64,000 nucleotides of DNA from an uncultured Rikenellaceae bacterium (GTDB lineage: Bacteria; Bacteroidota; Bacteroidia; Bacteroidales; VadinHA17). The notes under the pieces are model-generated. The model was not told the DNA's origin. It made no database searches and worked only from the letters and a program-made list of their open reading frames with translations. The translations under genes and the position numbers were made by a program. The stretch is from assembly GCA_964639725.1 (NCBI GenBank), contig CAZXFB010000001.1, positions 180,400 through 244,399 on the forward strand, written 5' to 3'. This document shows, one piece after another, positions 32,159-41,988 of this stretch (position 1 is the stretch's first letter; every line of letters begins with the position of its first letter).

Positions 32159-32434
32159 TCAACATACTCCATAACTGCATGGATAAAAAAAACAATCATA
32201 GTGATCCATAGTAATACAGGAATAATAAATCTGAGGTTGCCCGTAATGATCAATGCAACGACCACATACCCAGTGTGTGAGATCTTCTGGTGGGTCTTCA
32301 CCATCAGCAAGAGCACTTTTGGTGAGAGAAACTGAAATGTTCAGAGGGTCATTCTTGCCTAATACAACTTTAACATTCACAAAAACAACCCCCAGCATTA
32401 ATAAAGCTACGGTAATCATAATTTTCTTTTTCAT
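32159..32434 (-). CDS. Cys-rich secreted peptide precursor, NVEALA-like (cassette 1)
   Basis: MKKK plus hydrophobic segment, SALA|DGEDPP, 6-Cys core. Confidence 0.75.
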   Translation of the reverse strand: MKKKIMITVALLMLGVVFVNVKVVLGKNDPLNISVSLTKSALADGEDPPEDLTHWVCGRCIDHYGQPQIYYSCITMDHYDCFFYPCSYGVC

Positions 32435-32502
32435 AATTGTAAGGTTTTAAATGAATACTACTCTGTAAAGTTCAACAATCAGGGTGAATTGAAAGTGCTA
32501 GA

Positions 32503-32703
32503 TTATGTGGAAATTTGAGGAAAATTGGGGGTTTTTGGGACTCCAAAGGTTTCATAAATTATTATTAGATGGCATGGTTTAATTATTCCTGAAGGAATTA
32601 TGAGATCTTCCATTATTAACCATTTGTTAAGAGTTTTTCTGTCTATGCCATACTCATCGGCGATTTCCTGTCTGGTTTTGGCTCTAATTATCGGTGTCTC
32701 CAT
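32503..32703 (-). CDS. Small helix-turn-helix protein (DUF4248-like)
   Basis: KTRQEIADEYGIDRKTLNKWL..IYETFGVP; TAAATTTG (minus strand) at 32719-32726 favours ATG 32703 as the start. Confidence 0.6.
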   Translation of the reverse strand: METPIIRAKTRQEIADEYGIDRKTLNKWLIMEDLIIPSGIIKPCHLIIIYETFGVPKTPNFPQIST

Positions 32704-32963
32704 AATCGGTATTATTTGCAAATTTAAGTTAATACTTCGTTTCTCTTAAACGGTTTATTTTGGTACTCACCCACGAAAAGAAGAAGAACTCCAAAAAATT
32801 AAAGTGTTTTTATTTGCATGAAAGGATGCATATTAATAAATCAGTAGTAGATTGAAAAAATATTAACTTGGTTATTCTTTATGTCATTTGACTCCACTGT
32901 CATTTTTTGTCATTATTAATTCTTTCATTAAAAAATTCTTTTCTAATCTCTTTCGGGTTAGTT

Positions 32964-33490
32964 CGCCGCTTGCGGCGTAAAAGTAATATCTTTGTATGTA
33001 TGAGCGAAAGCGAATACATTCATAATCGCGTAATGTTTCGGTATTGTTATTTCATTTTGTATGTCCGGCCAAATATCGGAGAGTGGTAGTAAGTAATGAG
33101 GTTGATAAAACGTTGAAAGACACATGTCTTGAAATAGAAAAGAGATATGAACTTCACTTTCTTGAGATAGGGACGGACAACGATCATATCCATTTTTTGA
33201 TACAATCGATTCCAAGAATTAGTCCGACCCAAATTATATCGATTGTGAAAAGTATTACGGCCCGAGAGGTTTTCAGAAAAAATCCAAAAGTGAAAGAAAA
33301 GCTTTGGGAAGGAGAATTTTGGAGTGATGGGTATTTTGTTAACACTGTCAGTAAATTTGGAGATGAGACAAGTATTTCGAAATATGTTCGAGATCAAGGA
33401 CTTGAAAAAGAGTTCGTAGTTTTGCATCAAAGTAAACAGTTGGTTTTGGTTTAAGATACCCAGTTGTTTGTGGCTGGGAGCTTCATTTTT
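32964..33490 (+). mobile_element. tnpA: IS200/IS605-family element with frameshifted tnpA
   Basis: ATG 33000 (MSESEYIH) is out of frame with HFVCPAKYRR..DHIH..FWSDGYF..YVRDQ ending at 33454; left hairpin CGCCGC-TT-GCGGCG, right imperfect hairpin CCCAGT..GCTGGG. Confidence 0.85.
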
Positions 33491-33559
33491 AAATGCGTTT
33501 TTAATTAAAACAAAATGACTATCAGGAATGAATAATAATAGTTCAGCATGCTTCATGTA

Positions 33560-33642
33560 CGCCCCCTTCTCTTGCAGGCAAAAGAAGGGGGAGCAAATGT
33601 TTTGCCCCGCTTTGCGAAGCAGAGAGGGGTTGGGGTGAGTTC
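33560..33642. repeat. REP-like palindromes
   Basis: CCCCCTTCT..AGAAGGGGG stem followed by CCCC..GAGAGGGGTTGGGGTGAG, resembling the ends at 54317 and 54499. Confidence 0.5.
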
Positions 33643-33752
33643 ATAAAATAATATGATTGATATATAATCACTTAATATAATTTATTACTGATAACAAATA
33701 GTCATATAAACAAATTAAACAAAAGCCATTTTGTAAGTGGTACTGATATTTT

Positions 33753-33905
33753 TATAACTGGTCATTTTGGGACTTTAATTTCGTCAGAATTTTACAATAT
33801 TTTCTTCTGAATACCGGTATATTGTTGCCCAAAACGTCATTTTTTTATTTTTCTATTAAGTTTTTAACTTTTCAGGCATTTATCAGGTACGAGTAATTTG
33901 AAGTC
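33753..33905 (-). pseudogene. LytTR 3' remnant
   Basis: Minus strand reads NYSYLINA*KV and VLGNNIPVFRRKY; compare HYSYLINIKKV..IPISRRK in 46370-46771. Confidence 0.7.
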
Positions 33906-34008
33906 ATTTGCTGCTAGTCATTGACTTACACAATAATATTTTATCGAAGTTATTATGAGGTTTTAAATTAAACAATAGGGTATTTTTCCAAAGACTTAAA
34001 ATCCTTTG

Positions 34009-34077
34009 TAATTGGTCGAAATTTTTCATAACTGGTCATTATATTTCATAAATGGTCAAAATATTTATTAACTGGTC
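34009..34077 (-). promoter_or_regulatory. Four LytTR-type direct-repeat boxes, 20-bp period
   Basis: GACCA(G/T/A)TTA on the minus strand at 34069, 34049, 34029, 34009; two more boxes at 33755 and 33734. Confidence 0.75.
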
Positions 34078-34079
34078 AT

Positions 34080-34230
34080 TTAAAACCGTCAATTTCATAA
34101 TAGTTTTGCAACATTTTCTTCATTGAACCCGAAATATTTTTGCCTAAAGCATTCATTTTTTCATTTATCTATCAAGTTTATCAACTTTTCTGGCATTAAT
34201 CAGGTATGAGTTATTTGTAATCCTTATTTG
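34080..34230 (-). pseudogene. Second LytTR 3' remnant
   Basis: Minus strand reads IRITNNSYLINARKVDKLDR*; diverged tandem copy of 33753-33905. Confidence 0.65.
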
Positions 34231-34596
34231 CATTCGGCGTATATGACAACAAAGATTCAAAGACCTGAAGGGGCTTATTATTATTGGAAGTCATCTAATA
34301 TTAATTTATTTTTGTACTCTCTCGCTGTATTACAAACTAAATACTTAAAAAATGTCAAGTTATCGTCAACATCTGAATCATCTTGTTTTCAGAACGAAGA
34401 ACCGAAGCGAAGCGGAGCTCGACGAAGTCAAAATCAATGGATTTGTATGAATGATTGACGGCACTCATATTATTCTATTCAAACCAAATCTGTCTGATTA
34501 ATATGGCAGTATTACTCCGTGAAAACTCTGTGTTACACCGTGGTTAAAATGTGTAACCCCATGGTTAAAAACAATACGATGTTCTGTATTATTTAT

Positions 34597-37095
34597 CTAT
34601 TCTCCAACAACCTCATAACTTCCTGATGTACCTGAAAATTTAACCTTCATCTCAGAGATATCTTCCTTCTTCACTGACAATCCTCCGGAACAAATAACTA
34701 AAGGCCTGGCTCTAAAAGGTAAACTAAATTCTAAAGTTTCTCCTCCAACAGCTAATCCTGTAATCCGACGCTCAGAATTAAGATTTGAACGTGAATCGTA
34801 GCTGAACATACCCAGCACTTCCACTGGCGTTCCCTTTGCTTCAATACGAACTTTATGGATACCGTAGCCTAAATTTAATATCCCTTTTCGGTTCTCCAGA
34901 TAATTCACCTTTTTATCCGTATCAACAAATCCGGTAATAGCTGCTATTGATGAGTTTAGCAGGTCATCAATGTAAACATCAAGAGTGCCTCCATCCGGTT
35001 TATCAACAAATGCTATGGAAATATCAGTACATACAACTTCTATCTCAGCAGATTTCCCGGGTTCCAGAACGATCTTTTTTGATCCGTATGGAGCGCCCCA
35101 TTCCGACGAAAAATCCTGAATTGTAAGCCCGGAAATATTCCAGTTGGAATTATCTACAGGAAAGAATCTTCTGTTTGGATTTATTTTTGAATCTACAAAA
35201 GTCAGTCTGGCGCCGGCACCTGCTATTTCCAGTATATGCCTGTCGCCCAGACTGGTGCGTCCGTAGCGAAACAATGAATTGCGTATGTCACGGTTTGGAC
35301 TTGATCTTCGTGATTCCTGTTTTACTCCGTCAACATAAGGTACCGGTGGTTCTGTTTCTACTTTGCCCCAGCAGTTAATGGCTCCATCTTCAAATATAAA
35401 TCTGTTTGTTTTTATTCTCGCACTGTTGGTATCGAAGCTCACCATATCGCCTTCCCATCCGTATGAATTCTGATGAAGACGTTCCGGCAGCTGAAGCTGA
35501 GCCTGACCCGGTACAACAGGATCCCAGCACTCAAATGCCTTCTCAAGTGCTTTGAACCAAAGATAATGACCCGCTGCCTGTGGATGGCCGTCAAAAGGGA
35601 CCAGGGCATACCTGTTACACCATCTGATAATTTCGTCACCTGTTTTCCCATAATCGAGATATGGGATCTGATACCTTAAAGAAAGCGCCTGCAGGTCTCC
35701 TGCAGTTGCAGTATATCCGCCAAAATTCTGAAAAGGGCAAAACAAAAATTCTGTGTTCGGGTAATGACTCTGGATCCATCGCATAGCGCCCTCAAACACC
35801 GCAACTTCGTCGGGAGTGTCAGTTTTTTCATTTGCCCCGCTTCCATAAATTATCAGATCCGGACCAGGACCTTCAGTACGGGTAAACAATCCGGGATATA
35901 ATTCCTTCCAGCTTTTTCCTTTTTTCTGACCATTTTTTTCCGGATCGGGCGCTATGGAAAGAGAGCAATACTCTTTTAATCCTGAATGAGATTCGCCGAC
36001 AGAAGACCCGTCGCATGCCATAAAATTAAGGCAAATCTTGTCGGGTGAGAGGTTGAATTTTCTCATCAGTTCAAGTTTTAACCTTCCTGCATAACTGAAA
36101 TAGTGTCTCCATTCTCCATAATATCCCTCAAGATCGGGACGACCTGCTTTCGCCGGATCAAAAAGCCCATCAGCCAGCGGTTGCTTGAATGTTTTTGAAC
36201 TGCTATCCTCATCATACAGATACATTGACGGATTGGCGCTTCCGCGGTCGATACTCGATCCCATAACAATAATGTGTATTGGTTCGCCTTTCCATAGTTT
36301 TTGAATAGTTCTGGGAATATACCTGTAGTAAGGTGTCATTTCCCTTGAAGCAGTAGAAGGGTTCTGTGAAGCCCTCAATGAAGTAAGATTGGGAGAATAG
36401 ATCCAAACCGTATCTGAAAGGCCTGTATTCTCAAATTCCACCTGGATCCCGATTGTATTAATATCTTTTGAAGATGATTTATTACCATCACTTCTTTTAC
36501 CGGTAATAACTGCATTCTTTATTTTGAGTTCAATTGTACCGGTCTTATTATCTGAGATGCTGTACTCTTTTGCAACAACCAGTTCACCTCTCGAATGTCT
36601 TGGGAACTTACGGGAATCATTCATTCCAAAATCTTTCGGATTCCATTCTCCGTCTTCACTATCCAATTTCATAAGTTTGATCCTGGCTTTGAGAAGATTC
36701 CCCTTTTTCTGATATCCATAAACAGAGAGGTTTATTTGTTCTCCGTGGGCAAGCCCTGCTTCGGGGAGAGTGAAAAACTGCCAAATTTTTTTACCGGGAT
36801 TTATTGCCACAAGGTTGTGAGTTGAAAATACCGGACGGATTATATCTGGAACATGCGATTCCCGCATCACTTCAATATCACCCCAGGTATCAGTGTTCCA
36901 GAAGGCAACATTATGCGACGAAAAGCTTACCGGTACACCATCGCGATGATTGATAAATGAATGAAAATCAAAAACCGGATTTTTCAGAAGATTGGCGGAT
37001 GCATTTTTAACCTGCGAAAATGAAGGTGATGCACCTGTTAATATTAAAATTATTAAAATAAAAATTGACTTCCTGAGGTTTAATGAATTCTCCAT
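34597..37095 (-). CDS. Large secreted protein with a putative SGNH-hydrolase core
   Basis: Signal peptide, IVMGSSID, YGSGAN, FDGHP. Confidence 0.55.
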   Translation of the reverse strand: MENSLNLRKSIFILIILILTGASPSFSQVKNASANLLKNPVFDFHSFINHRDGVPVSFSSHNVAFWNTDTWGDIEVMRESHVPDIIRPVFSTHNLVAINPGKKIWQFFTLPEAGLAHGEQINLSVYGYQKKGNLLKARIKLMKLDSEDGEWNPKDFGMNDSRKFPRHSRGELVVAKEYSISDNKTGTIELKIKNAVITGKRSDGNKSSSKDINTIGIQVEFENTGLSDTVWIYSPNLTSLRASQNPSTASREMTPYYRYIPRTIQKLWKGEPIHIIVMGSSIDRGSANPSMYLYDEDSSSKTFKQPLADGLFDPAKAGRPDLEGYYGEWRHYFSYAGRLKLELMRKFNLSPDKICLNFMACDGSSVGESHSGLKEYCSLSIAPDPEKNGQKKGKSWKELYPGLFTRTEGPGPDLIIYGSGANEKTDTPDEVAVFEGAMRWIQSHYPNTEFLFCPFQNFGGYTATAGDLQALSLRYQIPYLDYGKTGDEIIRWCNRYALVPFDGHPQAAGHYLWFKALEKAFECWDPVVPGQAQLQLPERLHQNSYGWEGDMVSFDTNSARIKTNRFIFEDGAINCWGKVETEPPVPYVDGVKQESRRSSPNRDIRNSLFRYGRTSLGDRHILEIAGAGARLTFVDSKINPNRRFFPVDNSNWNISGLTIQDFSSEWGAPYGSKKIVLEPGKSAEIEVVCTDISIAFVDKPDGGTLDVYIDDLLNSSIAAITGFVDTDKKVNYLENRKGILNLGYGIHKVRIEAKGTPVEVLGMFSYDSRSNLNSERRITGLAVGGETLEFSLPFRARPLVICSGGLSVKKEDISEMKVKFSGTSGSYEVVGE

Positions 37096-37358
37096 GGTGT
37101 AAATTTTAATGATTTAAAATGCTGAAAGTTAATGTTTTCGTAAATACAAATCAGGTACTAAAATCTCACCTTCCGCCTTCTTTTATGTTGTCGCCATCAT
37201 ATTCCTGAAATAGAATGCATATTAGTGATTATTTCTGAATCCTTCTTCAGAAATACAATTCCTGTTAATGTTTTTTGTATTGGGAAAGTGAAATAATCAC
37301 ACACTCTGATTAAAGTAGTAATGACGGTAATATACGTATGGCAACAAATAGATATTAC

Positions 37359-38744
37359 TCAAAAAAAACTACCAAACTGGTTTGAAATATGGCTGGTTTG
37401 TTTTTTTACTATCTCGTCAAGCATTTCTATAATCTTCTCGTTATTAATAATTAACAATCCAATCCGTTCTTTAGAGACTCCTTCTTTTAGTTTAAAATCA
37501 TAAACTGGGTGCTGTTCCACAAGGTCTGATTCAAAGCATCTGAAAAGTATAGAATCGTTATCAGCAAGGTTTTCTGCAACTTCCAGAATGTGTGTTGAAA
37601 TGAAAAAGAAGTTGTCTCGGATTTTAGCTAATGATGAAATGATCGCCAATGATGCATCGTAAGCATCTTTTACATTTGTCCCACGGAACAACTCATCAAA
37701 TATGATGAACAGATTTCTCTTAGAATTCATTTTTATTACCAAATCCTTGACCCGTTTTACCTCAGAGTAGAAATGACTATATCCCAAATTAAGGTTGTCT
37801 GTCAGGTTAATAGTCGTGAATAGTCCGTCAAATATGGAGGTAGTAAGTCTCTTTGCTGGAACAGGAAATCCTAAGTGGGCAAGATAAACCATAACTCCCA
37901 TTGTCTTGAGGAAAGTTGATTTTCCTGACATATTTGGACCTGTAATGAAACAAAGGTTTGAATTATTAATAAAAGTGTAACTATTTGATACAGGAGAAGG
38001 AATAAGAGGATGAACCGCATCTATTACCTCAAATATAGGTCTTGGCCCTGAGCTAAATTCTGGCAAATTAAATCCTTCGTTTCTAATAAGGTGGCTTAAG
38101 GTCTGAAGAATATCAATTTTATAAACAGTTTCGAGAAACTCCCTGAAAGCATTTTTATTGCTAACTCTAAAAAAGTAGTCCAGTTTATTAATTTGGGTGA
38201 AGCTTAAGTCCTCGGATTGGCTAATTACATTTTTTAAAGACTTGGATTCTATAAAACTCTTAATCTTCTCCAGATCATTTTCTAATGATATTGGAACTTG
38301 AAAAGATTTGACTTCTTCCACAAACTCATTAAGCTTAACAAGCAGTCGAATAATGTGTAAAATGCCTTCAGATATAGTATTGTAGTCAGTATCAGGTTTA
38401 AGCTTGTTTTTTACGCTATCATAGGCAGCGTCAATGACATTATCTTTAAGTGGGACTCTTCGATTCCGAAGATACCATTCTATATAATCAAGTTGACCGG
38501 AATTGAATTTTATAAAACAATCATTAGCAACAAAAAAGTGAATCTCGTTTTTACGATTTTGTAGATATTCCAGATTAGAAATAGGATTACTAAATACCTC
38601 ACACAGTAAATCACGCCCTCCAATTGTAGCTGTCTTTCCATAAATTGACAATATAGACTTATCGTTTCTTTTCTCTGGGAAAAGTTCTAGATCTCTAATT
38701 GTCTGTTTGTCAATGTCAAATGTCATGATGTTTATATTTTGCAT
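37359..38744 (-). CDS. Short MutS-related ATPase (MutS domain V)
   Basis: TGPNMSGKST, SHFYSEVKR, FDELFRGTN, ISTH. Confidence 0.88.
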   Translation of the reverse strand: MQNINIMTFDIDKQTIRDLELFPEKRNDKSILSIYGKTATIGGRDLLCEVFSNPISNLEYLQNRKNEIHFFVANDCFIKFNSGQLDYIEWYLRNRRVPLKDNVIDAAYDSVKNKLKPDTDYNTISEGILHIIRLLVKLNEFVEEVKSFQVPISLENDLEKIKSFIESKSLKNVISQSEDLSFTQINKLDYFFRVSNKNAFREFLETVYKIDILQTLSHLIRNEGFNLPEFSSGPRPIFEVIDAVHPLIPSPVSNSYTFINNSNLCFITGPNMSGKSTFLKTMGVMVYLAHLGFPVPAKRLTTSIFDGLFTTINLTDNLNLGYSHFYSEVKRVKDLVIKMNSKRNLFIIFDELFRGTNVKDAYDASLAIISSLAKIRDNFFFISTHILEVAENLADNDSILFRCFESDLVEQHPVYDFKLKEGVSKERIGLLIINNEKIIEMLDEIVKKQTSHISNQFGSFF

Positions 38745-38991
38745 GACTTTTTTCTGTCATAAATATAATTTATTTAGTAAAACGAAATTGGAGGCAACAG
38801 AACCCAGCATTAACTTCGATAACATATTGAGTAGGTTTATTTGAATTAAGATTAGCCTTACTAAAAGGTAAAGTATTATATTGAATATTAATAATTTCAT
38901 GTATATTGTTGACAAAAATAATATCCAAAGGGATTCGAGTATTAGGAACTTTTATAAAATAGTGAATAATTTACAAACCCTCGAAAAAAGT

Positions 38992-39603
38992 CTAATTATT
39001 TCCAATAATGGTTCTTATAGTTTCAATATATTTATCTGTTAAATCAGGAAATAAACTGTTTGGTGAAAAGAAATAATCAATTTTTCTGTTTTTCGAAATA
39101 ATAAAATAATGTGGAATTTTTTCATTATCAGCAGGAATACCTAACTGTGGATTAGCAGGTATTAAATGATAAATTTTCTTCTTAAAGACTCTTTCCTTAA
39201 TATTCGGATTATATTTTGAAGTAATGATGATAATTTGATTATTTACTTCAAAGTCAGAAAAGGAAGACTTAATCTTATCAATTGCAAAACTAATACATGA
39301 TACGCAAACATCTTCAGAATAAGGCAGATATATCACTAAAGCGGGCAACTGTAAACTTTCTGGGATTATTTCGATTATTGAATCGTTCATGTCGGATGAA
39401 ATTAAAGCTCTGTTTACCTCTTTATCGTCGTTTGTGAATGTAGAAATTAAGTCTCTTTTAAGCATCCCATTTAATGATACAGTCGAATAATAATAGTCTT
39501 TCAGCTTCTTAAAATCTCTAAATTTGAGAAATAGAAATATATCAATGGAAAGAAGTAAAATTATTCCAAAAACAATGATGAATTTTACAAACTTTTTGCT
39601 CAT
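38992..39603 (-). CDS. Membrane-anchored CxxC thioredoxin-like protein (cassette 2)
   Basis: N-terminal TM, CVSC, IPHYFII..FFSP; start placed at MSKK. Confidence 0.65.
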   Translation of the reverse strand: MSKKFVKFIIVFGIILLLSIDIFLFLKFRDFKKLKDYYYSTVSLNGMLKRDLISTFTNDDKEVNRALISSDMNDSIIEIIPESLQLPALVIYLPYSEDVCVSCISFAIDKIKSSFSDFEVNNQIIIITSKYNPNIKERVFKKKIYHLIPANPQLGIPADNEKIPHYFIISKNRKIDYFFSPNSLFPDLTDKYIETIRTIIGNN

Positions 39604-39613
39604 AATTAATAAT

Positions 39614-40771
39614 TTATTTAAGTTTGTATTTAACAATTATTGGATTATCATCTTCCTTTATTCTCTTTAGTCTGTCATTAGAATTATTATCTAATAGATC
39701 TGTCGAAATTACATATTTTACATAACTTGGTTCACTAAAGAAATATAAATAATTATTATCCAATAAATTAGGCACAGGTAATTGTCCGATTGAATGTGTG
39801 AGATTATGCCCCAATTGTAATTCTTTAGTTGTTTTATTATATTTAACTACATGAATTTTTTTTTCAAATAAATAGAAAACTAATAGGAATTCATTATTTT
39901 CTTTAATATCAGTCACAAATGCGTACTTATTATCATTGTTGAGAATAAAAGACCTGTAAAATTCTTTTTGTCTTTTATTAGGCAATAAATCTAAAGTGAA
40001 ATTATGATCTCCAAAATTCAACTCAATATCCTTTTTGATATCTAATTTTAGTGGATCAACTAAATAAACAATATTAGAAGGGAATTTGTGAAAAAAATAA
40101 AGTTGATCATTAAAAAAATTGAATGGATTGCTAATTGTAGAGGAAAGATTTTTAATTTTTTTAGGTAAAGGAGCTGCTTTGTTTAATATTTTACCGCTAG
40201 TTAAAGAATAGAAGATTAAACTTCCTTTTCTATTTTGACTAAATTGAGAATAAAAAAGATATACATCTTCTGAGAGAGCTTTGAAGTTAACTAAGAAGGG
40301 TGAAATTTCAGGAGCTAAAGGAATAAAATTCTTATAGTTTCCATCAATATCATATAATTTAATTTTCCTGCTAGGTGCATCTAGTATCTCTAAGTTTTCG
40401 GTATAGGGATTTATATTGAAATCCATTAAATTTGAATATTGCCCTGGTCCACGGCCTTTCTGATTTAAAGTATTAAACAAAAACTCCCCTTCTTTATCGA
40501 ATACAAAAATGGCATGATTTATTCTATCATGAATATAAAATCTATCCTTATAGATTTCAACTTTGTGACAATTACCTAAAATGCTTTGTTTATTAGTTTG
40601 TAGGGGAATTAGTTCAATAGATGAGCAAAATGCATTTAATTCTAGATTTTTTGAATCCTGGGGATTTATTTCTAAAATAAGGCTGCCGTCTTGTTTGGAT
40701 TTTTTAGAACAACTAAAAAAAATCACTAACCCTAACAATGTTAGGAACATGTAAAAATGTTCTTTTTTCAT
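39614..40771 (-). CDS. 6-bladed beta-propeller lipoprotein (cassette 2)
   Basis: FFSC lipobox, IPLQT, KGRGPGQY, DDNPIIV. Confidence 0.85.
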   Translation of the reverse strand: MKKEHFYMFLTLLGLVIFFSCSKKSKQDGSLILEINPQDSKNLELNAFCSSIELIPLQTNKQSILGNCHKVEIYKDRFYIHDRINHAIFVFDKEGEFLFNTLNQKGRGPGQYSNLMDFNINPYTENLEILDAPSRKIKLYDIDGNYKNFIPLAPEISPFLVNFKALSEDVYLFYSQFSQNRKGSLIFYSLTSGKILNKAAPLPKKIKNLSSTISNPFNFFNDQLYFFHKFPSNIVYLVDPLKLDIKKDIELNFGDHNFTLDLLPNKRQKEFYRSFILNNDNKYAFVTDIKENNEFLLVFYLFEKKIHVVKYNKTTKELQLGHNLTHSIGQLPVPNLLDNNYLYFFSEPSYVKYVISTDLLDNNSNDRLKRIKEDDNPIIVKYKLK

Positions 40772-40901
40772 TTTATTAAAATGAATACTACCCTTAAGAA
40801 AAATAAGAAATTAAAATAGCACTATTTAAAAGCAGAATTATTATCAGTATATAGCATTATTAGAGCGACATTTTAGTAAATCTCACTCCAAAGCAATATG
40901 T

Positions 40902-41213
40902 CTAACAGGGCATATGAAGAGCACAAAAATCACTCATATAGCCAGTCCAATCACACTCTGTCCACCAAAAGGGTCCAAAGGGAGTCCATTCCATAACACA
41001 ATCATCTTGAAAACATTGTCCCTCATTGCCTGACGAACATATTATTTCTACCGGAGGTAACTCAATTTGAGCATTTGCTTTCTGCATTAAAGAAGATAAC
41101 GTGAATGCAGTGGAGATACTTTTGCCATTTTCTTTATTAAAAATACTGACATTAGAAATAAGTACACCAACAAAAAAAGCACTTACTATCAAGTACAAAA
41201 TTCTTTTTTTCAT
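40902..41213 (-). CDS. Cys-rich secreted peptide precursor, NVEALA-like (cassette 2)
   Basis: MKKR plus TM, KANA|QIELPPVEIIC, 6-Cys core. Confidence 0.78.
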   Translation of the reverse strand: MKKRILYLIVSAFFVGVLISNVSIFNKENGKSISTAFTLSSLMQKANAQIELPPVEIICSSGNEGQCFQDDCVMEWTPFGPFWWTECDWTGYMSDFCALHMPC

Positions 41214-41316
41214 GATTTTAAGAATTAAATAACAATTTAAGATACTAATTATGTTTACATTTCTGTAATAGTAAAGATAAACATGTGTTTATTAAAGATC
41301 AAGTATCTTCTGCCAA

Positions 41317-41763
41317 TCAAAACATTAATCCGGTTGCTTTAATATATAATCCAGATAAAATGATGCATAATCCGGGTAAAATAGTATACAATTTCATGTT
41401 AGTGCGTGGTGGTATTTCATCCTTTCCTTTTAACAACCGGTTAACTATTACTTTTCGGTCTTTTGCGACGGTTATTAATTGCTTATTTATCAATTCAATT
41501 TCACGGTTTTTAGAATCATAAATTAGGCGGAAGTCAAGGTTAACTAAGCATTTGGCATGGCAGCGTAAAAACCTATAACTTTTAAGTTTTTCTGCTATCT
41601 CTTTTAAACTGTGTGTAGCTATTATAATCTCATTTGAAATTAAAATAATATCCACCTTTCTGCCTTTCGATATGCAGTATACTATTTCATCTGGGTTTAT
41701 TAGCTGTATGTTTTGCCTAGTTTTAATAAATATTGACTTTATTTTGAAATTGTTCATATGCAT
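41317..41763 (-). CDS. Stand-alone LytTR DNA-binding protein
   Basis: INPDEIVYC, SLKEIAEKL..FLRCHAKCLVNL; no receiver domain. Confidence 0.85.
   Translation of the reverse strand: MHMNNFKIKSIFIKTRQNIQLINPDEIVYCISKGRKVDIILISNEIIIATHSLKEIAEKLKSYRFLRCHAKCLVNLDFRLIYDSKNREIELINKQLITVAKDRKVIVNRLLKGKDEIPPRTNMKLYTILPGLCIILSGLYIKATGLMF
41326..41376 (-). promoter_or_regulatory. Three direct-repeat boxes, 21-bp period
   Basis: TAATCC(G/A)G on the plus strand at 41326, 41347, 41368. Confidence 0.65.
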
Positions 41764-41988
41764 TTGATTTTGTAGAATTATCTGGTGTTACTCAAATGTC
41801 TTATTTTAGTCAATAAATTATTTTTTATTACGTGTTCAATCCCGATTGATTTAAAAAGTATCTTGTTAAAGTGGAATATTTATGGGAACGAAGGTTTGCA
41901 GTTATTATCACGACTGATATTTTATTATCCCAAAAATTCACTTATAGATAGATCCCGGGATTCTATTTATTATTGATCTTCAACAATA

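Noticed and set aside
33047..33556. 169-aa minus-strand ORF and the many other short overlapping ORFs in the track
   Set aside because: Antisense or out-of-frame shadows of well-supported genes, with no motifs of their own
34385..34570. CGAAG-rich and CTC(C/T)GTG-type short repeats
   Set aside because: Possibly repeat-element scars, but too short and degenerate to support a call
37359..38744. Canonical mismatch-repair mutS
   Set aside because: Only 461 aa and lacks the mismatch-binding domain
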